A stretch of 60,111 nt of DNA from positions 92,317 through 152,427 of the forward strand of contig BFEA01000008.1 in NCBI GenBank assembly GCA_003427395.1, given 5' to 3'. Positions 51,289-60,111 of the stretch are shown piece after piece. Numbering within the stretch: the first letter of the stretch is position 1; each line of letters starts with the position of its first letter. The translations under genes were made by a program, and so were the position numbers. The notes beneath the pieces were generated by a model that worked only from the letters and a program-made list of their open reading frames with translations, did no database searches and was not told where the DNA came from. The DNA is from Chara braunii. Its lineage: Eukaryota; Plantae; Charophyceae.

Positions 51289-52829
51289 TGAACGTCGGTC
51301 GGTGAGAATTGCAACGTAGAAAAGTAAAAACCGAAAAAAAAAAAAAAAAAACTATTTTTAAAAATTTGGCGGGGTCGTGGTCACGTAGATTCTTGATGGA
51401 ATGCTTCTAACCAATATTTCAGTTAGATTCTGGATGTCGTTTTTTTTGCTTTTGTCTTTTTTTCCATTTTTCTTAGATTCCCCTGCCAGCGATGCAAGGC
51501 ATATCCCCTGATCTACTGAAAAACCATCGTTGAGGGTATACTCACACTTGCACACAAACAAATGTATCTAACTAATTTCACGGCCAAATTCGTGTTGTTG
51601 TTGTTTTTTCTTCTTTGAGATTCGGTTTTTTTTTTTTTTTTTTTTTTTTTTTNNNNNNNNNNNNNNNNNNNNNNNNNNNNNNNNNNNNNNNNNNNNNNNN
51701 NNNNNNNNNNNNNNNNNNNNNNNNNNNNNNNNTTTGGATTCTGACAAAAACACCACGGGGCTGATACACCCAAACTACGACGTGCTCACACTAGCACTCG
51801 GGAGAATGCATCCAACTGCATTCACGTCCCCAACGTTTTTGTTTGTTCTTTTTTTTTTTTTTTTTTTTCCAACTGGTCCCCCTAGCCTCAGCCCGTCCAG
51901 CTATTGGTAACTTGATTGCCACGCTTGGTAGGCTCGACATACTGGTCGTTGGAGGCTCGGACTTGATATCTAGGCCAAGTACTAGTGATTTAAGAGAAGA
52001 TAGCAGCAGCCTCTCCCCGGAGTTTTACACCACCAATCACCAAATGTGCAAAATGAGAGCAGAAACACCACCAGGTCGAATCTCAGGCTAGCACCGATCT
52101 GGCCCAGTAGCGTTGCTCCCAGTTCTCCTCACATCACCAACTCGTTGGTAAATGTTTTCCTTCTCTCGTACCTATTTCCTTCCTACCTCTTTCAAAGCAT
52201 ATGGCCGATACCTCCGGCCAGATTCCCATACCCTTGACTACACTCGTGTAGGAAGGTTGTCGTTGAAGTCGTTACAAGGAATACCACTGTCACGGAGAGC
52301 ACCCAACGCTGAACTTAGGTGGGACCACGGGCATGTTCTTGGAAACAACACAACTAAACTCATTATCCCGTGATCAATGAGGAGAAGACGCCTGCGATAG
52401 TTAGAAGGAACGCCACTGCGAACACTGCGGCATCCACGTCCATCAAGATCAAGAAGATGACCTCAACAACGAAAATCGTAATCATTCCCACGATGGACAT
52501 GTGCTCAAGGGCGAGCCTTACGCCCATTTCGACGCATCCCACGTGCAGCCCCTGCCGAGTATGACTATTGCGACCAACATCCTGGCAAAGGAAAAGGCGG
52601 GCAGTGCAAGCATAACGATGACCAAGGCATGTCCGACTTTAACCCTAATGATTAACCAAAATGAAAATGGATTTTCCGCTATAACAAGAAAAGATACATC
52701 ACCATTCATCTTCCTTTGTGTTGTCGCAAAGTCTCATTCGTGGTAGTGCCCTAACTGCACTTTGAACCCCAAATCGAACTACACCACTAGATTCGTCCTG
52801 AACTAAAACGTATGTTTCACACTTAGACT

Positions 52830-54181
52830 TTGTGTTACTGCGCGTTCATTGAACGCGCGTTTCCCGTTCAGCCTTTAAACGCGGTGAACGCGCGTTCAGT
52901 GAACGGCGGTAACGCGTTTGACGCGTTTGCGCAGAGGGTTGGGGGGGGGGGGGGGCCTTTGGGGGGTGGGGGGGGGGGGGGGGGGGGTTGGGGGGGTTGG
53001 GGGCAGTGTGGGGAGGGGGGGTGCTGCTTGGGGAGGGCTGTAGGTCAATGCCCCAAACAAAACGGAAAAAAAAAAAAAAAAAAAAAAAGTGTGTGAATGT
53101 GTGTGTGTGTGTGTGTGTGAATGCTCCTTATTTTTTTTTCAGGGGGGGGGGGGGGGGGAATCCCCCTAACCACAAACTCATAAGGGTCCTCGCAGCCATG
53201 TGGCGCAGACCCCCCCACCAAAATCAAGGCAGGCAGTGAATATGAACCAGAGCAGGAGCTGGCCGATTATATACTCAAGATTCGAGTTCAGGTCGGTGTT
53301 TCAGCAGTTATGGGTTGCTCACGCAGCTAAGCCCGTGATTCTCAGGGCTTGGCTGCACTACTCAACAAATGTGCAAAACTAAAATGAATCTTTTGCAAAA
53401 CGTAGAATAATACGCCGCCATATGTTTTGTCTTTTTTTTTCTCATTCTTCTTTTCTTTTGTTTTCTTTTAGGGGCATTGCTCATATTCCTAAGAAAAGAA
53501 AAACGAGAAAAAAAAAAAACGAGAAAAAAAAAGACAAAATATATGGCGGTGTATTATTCCATATTCTGCAGAAGATTCATTCTAGTCTTGCACATTTGGT
53601 GAGTAGTGCAGCCAAGCCCTGAGAATCACGGGCCTAGCTACGTGAGCAACCCATAACTGCTCAGACACAGACCTGAACTCGAATCTTGAGTATATAATCG
53701 GCCACCTCCTGCTCTGGTTCATATTCACTGCCTGCCTTGATTTTGGTGGGGGGGTCTGCGCCACATGGCTGTGCCCTTCAGAAAGCCTGCATGGGGCGTC
53801 TAAGCCGTGTTTGGGGGATTCTCCCAGCCCCCACCGGAAAAAAAAAAGGAACATTCACACACACACACACGCACATTCACATACTTTTTTTTTTTTTTTT
53901 TTTTTCCGTTTTGTCTGGGGCATTGGCCCACAGCCCCCCCCAAGCAACGTCGCCGCTCCCTACGGGGTGGTGGGCCTCCGGGGGGTGTTTTTTGCACTTT
54001 CATGGTTTGTTGACCGAGGCCCTCCACCCTGTAGTCCACAACGCGCACGCACGCCCCCCGGTGCCGCGTTCAAATTTTTCGCGCCACGTGGTGCGCAACG
54101 CATTTGAACGCGATTGAATGTAGCCCGGGGGGGATGAATGCGCAAGTTTGAACGTTGACGCGCATTCAGCCGGTTGCACAG
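52830..54181. mobile_element. hAT-like non-autonomous element containing a ~920-bp internal palindrome
   Basis: 8-bp TSD CTTAGACT (52822-52829 / 54182-54189); GAACGCG/CGCGTTC subterminal motifs; 53024-53472 is inverted at 53487-53946. Confidence 0.9.
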
Positions 54182-55149
54182 CTTAGACTCGCTCAATTTA
54201 ATCAAAAACAGGGTGAGTTACTCGGTCCTTGCTCCACCATATTCACCTTCTCTCTATCTCCCCACCGTGTTGCGGCCATTCGTTCATTCTTTTGTCTCAC
54301 CTCTGGCTAACTGGCGCATCTCGCACTTAACGTTATCTATCACAGTTTGACTCTGGGGCAAGGAAAACTCTCCTCCCCAACAACCCTACCACCTTATAGT
54401 TGCTCATAACCGTTGTCGTCAAACATACCAACCAAAAGAAAAATCACTTAGTTATGTCTTAATCGGAAACAAAAATTGACCGGCACAGGCCCTATAATAT
54501 CAATAAAAAATAATCACACGCCCCTCAAAACTGCGTGCCCACACACGCTCTACTTTTAACCAAACATTTTATCGACCAAAACTACCGCGACTCACACGGT
54601 GCACTCAAACTTCAAGTCGGAACTTATTTTATGTCACTTGCAAAACCAAGGTGGATACCCTTGTAAGTTTATTTACACTGACAGCTTACCGGACCATATT
54701 AAGCGATGTCCTCATCGCCCTAAATAATTAGAAGCTATCAATTCCACCACAATTCAAATGTTGACATAAAATAAATTCAATCCGATTGGCCAACTGACTT
54801 CATTTCGAGGGTTCTATCGATCAATGTCTGACGTAACTATTTTTTATGTCAGGCGTTTAACATGGGTCGCCTTTATCCTCACATTGGAATCCAGGATAGT
54901 TGATTTGTACTACAACAAACAGTTTGCGCGGTTATAAAACTCTCGATGGACCTCTCCCTTTGTCCTAGACAACTGTCGGCTCATAGTTGGGTGTCATGTT
55001 TAGTCATCGGCCCACGTGCTGGTCATAACTTAGGACGCGAACCCTAACTGAGACCATTATAAGGTTATATTGCCTTCTTTTATCAAATATTGAGAAAAAT
55101 ACCAACTTTAATTATAGGTCTCTCATGAAGTCACGTACAGGAGGGTCCG

Positions 55150-55410
55150 TTCTCTACTCTAGGATACTCTACTTTGCTCTACAATACTCTACGCTTCCCT
55201 ACTTTCTCGACTCTACTTTTCTCTACCTTTCTTTTCTCTACCTTTCTTTTCTCTAAGCTTATTTTCTCTGCTCTTCTCTACTCTATGCTTCCCCGCTTTG
55301 CTCTACTCAGCTCTGATCTTCTCTACTATGCTCTGCTCAACACTAATCTACTCTGCTCTCCTTTTATCTGCTCTGCTCTACACTCCTTCACTCTGCTCTG
55401 CTCTGTTTAG
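55150..55410. repeat. Degenerate (CTCTA/CTCTG)n pentamer repeat
   Basis: Direct reading. Confidence 0.85.
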
Positions 55411-55454
55411 CTTTGCCTCACAAGACTCAATTTTGCTTAACTCCGCTTCTCTCT

Positions 55455-55455
55455 T

Positions 55456-55491
<36 letters not shown>

Positions 55492-55736
55492 NNNNNNNNN
55501 NNNNNNNNNNNNNNNNNNNNNNNNNNNNNNNNNNNNNNNNNNNNNNNNNNNNNNNNNNNNNNNNNNNNNNNNNNNNNNNNNNNNNNNNNNNNNNNNNNNN
55601 NNNNNNNNNNNNNNNNNNNNNNNNNNNNNNNNNNNNNNNNNNNNNNNNNNNNNNNNNNNNNNNNNNNNNNNNNNNNNNNNNNNNNNNNNNNNNNNNNNNN
55701 NNNNNNNNNNNNNNNNNNNNNNNNNNNNNNNNNNNN

Positions 55737-55809
<73 letters not shown>
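55455..55809. repeat. (CT)n/(TA)n microsatellite spanning a gap
   Basis: Direct reading. Confidence 0.95.
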
Positions 55810-55813
<4 letters not shown>

Positions 55814-56624
55814 GTTCTTTATTTGTCTCTCCTCTCCTTTTTCGAAGTTTTTTCTTTTTTTTCCTGAATTTTCAATCTGTCGTTTTTTTAATTCGTCAAT
55901 TGTGCTCCGACTTCAAAGCCGGTTTGAGAATATTCTTCGGAGGCGTTGTGCCCGTAGTCAGAGAAACCATGTCGAGCACTTGGATAGACCTTACTATAGT
56001 TTCATCAACTGGTTAGACCCAGAATCATCAGGGGTGAAGTTACGGCAAAGATGACTTTAAATGTGTCATGAGCGACAAAATATAGAAACAACAATCGAGT
56101 ACGAAGTGAATTAAAAAAAAAAAAAAAAAAAAGGTTAAGTATTACCTCGAAAAAGAAAAAGGAAAAGAGAAAGAAAACTTTGTAAGGTCTCATAAGTTCT
56201 AGGACGTCGATATCAATTGGACCAATCCATACTGTTTCTGATACCGTCAGCTCATTCGGCCAAACCCAATGCTCTTTTAACTACTTAGAAATCTTCAGGC
56301 CCAGACCCAGTTTTTTTTTTCGTTCTTGGAAATCTCGAAGCCCAAACCTAGTAGGCGCAGATCGGGTTCAGGTGCAAGGCTCAGACCCAAACCCAGACCC
56401 AGACTCATACGCAATTGTTTTTATTAATATTTTTTTTTTAGAAATGTACTGGCCTAGGTCGAAGTTCAATGCCCAACCCCTGGGCAAGATTCAGAGCCAA
56501 GACATAGGCCGAGGCCCATGCCCAAGATTTAAGCTCAGACCTTTTTTATTTGTTTTTTTCCCTGAAAGGCCTAACCCCAGCCTTCGGCCCATGATTCAGA
56601 CAATAAATCTCGCTGAGACAAATT

Positions 56625-59410
56625 GAATACTTTACTCTACAATACTTTACTCTAAAATAATGTACTCTACGACAATCTACTTTACAATACTCTTCTTAAC
56701 GATACTATACTCTACGATACTTCCTACGACACTCTACTTTACGCTTCTGTACTCTTGTCTACTCTAATTGTGTTGCTCTACTTTTCTTCACTCTACTCCA
56801 CTCACCTTCTCTCTGCTCCACTTTCCCCCACTCTACTCCACTGACCTCCGCTCTACTCCACTCGCCTCCCCACTACTCCATTTTCCTCCACTCCACAGTT
56901 CTCCATTCTCCTTCAACGTCATTCACTCCCCTCCTACTCCACTCCACTTCAATCCACTCCACTCTACTACACTCCACTCTACTCCACTTCACTCTACCGC
57001 ACTCTACTCCTCTCTACTCTACTCCACTCCACTCCACTCTACTCCACTTCACTCTACTTCAATCCAATATTTCACTCTACTGTACTTCACTTCACCCTAC
57101 TCTACTCTACTTTTCTCCGTTCCTCTCTGCTCCACTTCACTCTTCTACATACTACTCCACTTCACTTCACTCCACTCCACTCCACTCCATTCTCCCCCAC
57201 TCCATTTCACTCCACTCCACCGCTCTCCACTTCATTCCACTCCACTCTACTCTACTCTACTCCACTCCACTCCACTCCATTCCACTTCACTCTACTCCAC
57301 TCCACGTAACTTTTTTTCACTTCATTCTACTCTACTCCACTTCACTTCACTTCATTTGACACTCAACTACATTCCACGAGACTCCACTACACACCACTCC
57401 ACTACTCTATTGAACTCGACTTTACTCTACTCGACTCTTTCCGACTCGACTCTGCTCTGCTCTAGACTATTATACTCAACTTTACTCTACTTTGCTCTCC
57501 TCGACTTCATTCTACTTTAAACTACTCTATATTGTTAGAGTCCGACTCGGTCAGTTTGAGTCCGCTTTAAGTGTCGTTTTAGTTTGTTTTAGCGTATAGG
57601 CTCATTCAAGGTACGTCACTTGTCTCTACTTTATCCCACTCCACTCTACTTTACGTAACTCGATGTGACTCGACTCAACTGTACCATATGCTACACTACT
57701 CTAAGCTACGTTACTCTATTATACTCTACTTTGCTTTACTCTACTTTACTCTACTTTACTCTACTCCACTTTTCTTTACTCTACTTTACTCTACTCTACA
57801 CTACTCTACTCTACTCTACTCTTCTCTAGCACATAGCATTATACTCTACTCTAATCATTTGTACTCTACTTTTTTGTACTTTATTGTACTGTACTATGTT
57901 AAGCGATACTCTTATCTACTTACTTTACTCTATTATACTCCACTTCACTCCATTTCATTTCACTCTTCTTTACTTTATTCCACTCCCCCCCACTCTACTT
58001 TTCTCTACTTTACTTTCCTAAACTCGACTCTACTCTACTAAACTCAACTCTACTCGACTTTACTCTAAGCTACGCTACGCTACTCTACTCTACTTTGCGT
58101 TACTCTTCCCTACTCTGCTTTTTTGCACTCTACTCTTTTGTACTCTACTCATCTTTCCTCTGGTGTACTTTATGCTATGATACTTTTATCTACTCACTCT
58201 ACTCTACAATTTCCTACTTTACTCTACTCTAGTCGATTTTGCTCTACATTTTCCTAGTTTAGCCTACTCTTAGACGAACCGATTCTACTTTACTCTTTCT
58301 TACTTTAACCTACTCTACTTTACTCTACTATACTATACTCTATGATACTCTACTCTACTCTATGTTACTTTACTCTACCTTACTTTACACTTCCCAACAA
58401 TTTTCGACTCTACTTTTCTCTGCTTTTCTTTTTCATAAGTTTCTCTTTCATACTTTACTCGATTATAGGATACTCTACAATTACTCTTCTTGACGCTGTT
58501 ATTTTCTACTTTTATCTTCCTTAAGTTTTCTTTCCCTACTTTGTCTTACTCTATTATAAGCCTTCCCTACTCTGCTCTACCTTGTTTTGCTTTACTCAAC
58601 TCTACTATAGGCTTCTCTACTCAAGTCCACTCTACTCTACTCTACTTCACTTCGCTCTACTCTACTCTATTTTTCTCTCCTCCACTCCTCTTTATTCCAC
58701 TCCACATTTCTATAAACTACTCCACTCAACTGCATTCCACTTCACTCTGCTCCACTCCACGCTCCTTCACTTCATTCCACTTCACTCCAGTCTACTCCAC
58801 TCTACTCCACTCTACTCCACTCCACTTTACACCACTCCGCTCTCCTTCACTCCATGTTACTCCACTTCACTCCATTCTACTCCACTTCACTCCACGCCAT
58901 TCGACTCAACTACATTCTACTAGACTCCACTCGACACCAGTCCGTTACTCTACTCCACTCGACTCTACTTTTCTCAAATCTTTTCGACTTTTTTCGACTC
59001 GACTCGACTCGACTCTGCTCTACTTAATACTACTACACTTAACTCTTCTTCACTTTGCTTTATTTTACTTTATTCTACTATAAACTACTCTTCTCTGTTA
59101 GAGTCAGTTTGAGTCCGTTGTCATCTTAGTTTGTTTTAGGGTATAGGTTCATTCGAGGTACGCCACTTTTAGTCGACTCAACTCAACTCTACTCTACTCG
59201 ATGTGACGTGACTTTATTATACTATATGCTACACTACTCTAAATTGCACTCCTCTTCTTTACTATACTTTGCTTTACTCAACTCTGCTTTATTCTACTCT
59301 ACTCATCTCTAATTTTCTTTACTCCACTCACCTTTCATCTATTTTACTCTACTCTACTTTTCTGTACTGTATTATATGTTGCGATATTGTTATCTACTTA
59401 TTCTACTCCA
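56625..59410. repeat. (CTCTA/CTCCA/CTTTA)n pentamer satellite with a higher-order ~1.56-kb duplication
   Basis: Pentamer periodicity produces the LYSTL/LHSTP pseudo-ORFs; a unique island repeats at ~57535 and ~59097. Confidence 0.93.
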
Positions 59411-60111
59411 CTGTAGTGCACAACATAAAATTTGAGAGAATTTTTCATCATGGTTTAAACTTAGTACACACAAGCTGGAACCAACGTATGAAGAGGGTGA
59501 ATTGGCGCGGTCAATCGTTTACACAGAGAGGACGCATGTTTCCAACCGTTTGCCAACGTGAGGCTGACATATTTTCAATATGTGATCAACACATTTTCAA
59601 CATGTTTTCAACACGTCTTACACTTCAATTTTTGTGGTTTGCTTGTGGCAAGGGAATTTACAAGTGTGTGGATCTCTCGTGGCAAACGGCGCCCATTGGT
59701 AGCAGGGTGACCCGCAGTAGTGACCCTGAATATTTTTCACGACATTCGTTCTTGGATCGTGAAAATGTTGTGTGATAGAAACGTGATGTTAGGTGATGAG
59801 TTTTTTTCGTTATTGTAGAATTATAGTGCCAAAAATAAAGTGATAAAAATGAGTATAACTAGAGTTCTATCTTTCTAACAGAAAAGTACGCATCCTCGCT
59901 TTCACTGTTGTGGTTTTTTTTAACCTTTTTTTTATTATTTTAGAGTTTTTTTGCGCTACTTTTTAGTTTTTTTTTTAGAAATAATAAAAGGTTGGCGAGG
60001 ACGGCAGTGTGATCGGAGGCATGTCACGTGACAACGGCGCTCTCACGCCACAGGGTGGCGATGACCGTGTCAACCCTCCCCTCCCCTCCCCCTTTCTCCT
60101 TTTTTTTTTTT

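Noticed and set aside
55174-59400. Long LYSTL/LHSTP ORFs (up to 250 aa)
   Set aside because: Artefact of pentamer repeats lacking stops in some frames

Overview
This is eukaryotic, repeat-saturated, draft-assembly DNA with several N gaps, and I find no intact cellular protein-coding gene. A streptophyte host such as Chara is my inference from the plant-type U6 sequence, the tRNA-iMet-type primer binding site (PBS), the Ty3/Gypsy RNase H style and the (CTCTA)n satellites. The window holds: (1) two ~92-bp satellites and many microsatellites; (2) a decayed Ty3/Gypsy chromovirus, a second Ty3/Gypsy RT fragment, an L1-clade LINE relic and a possible REL-type LINE relic; (3) many hAT-like non-autonomous elements with verifiable 8-bp TSDs, foldback MITEs and a TTAA-flanked piggyBac-like element; (4) two U6 snRNA retrocopies, one apparently with a twin-priming 5' inversion. 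The most unusual signal is a retroelement family present in three diverged copies (about 3-9 kb, 30.4-31.3 kb and 41-45 kb). In it a conserved protein-like ORF of unknown family lies upstream of the PBS, followed by gag, a zinc knuckle and a protease, with no RT, integrase or LTR pair seen. The longest copy may be bounded by TGTCA...TGACA with a 4-bp TSD. All coordinates were read by eye and element ends without a TSD are approximate.
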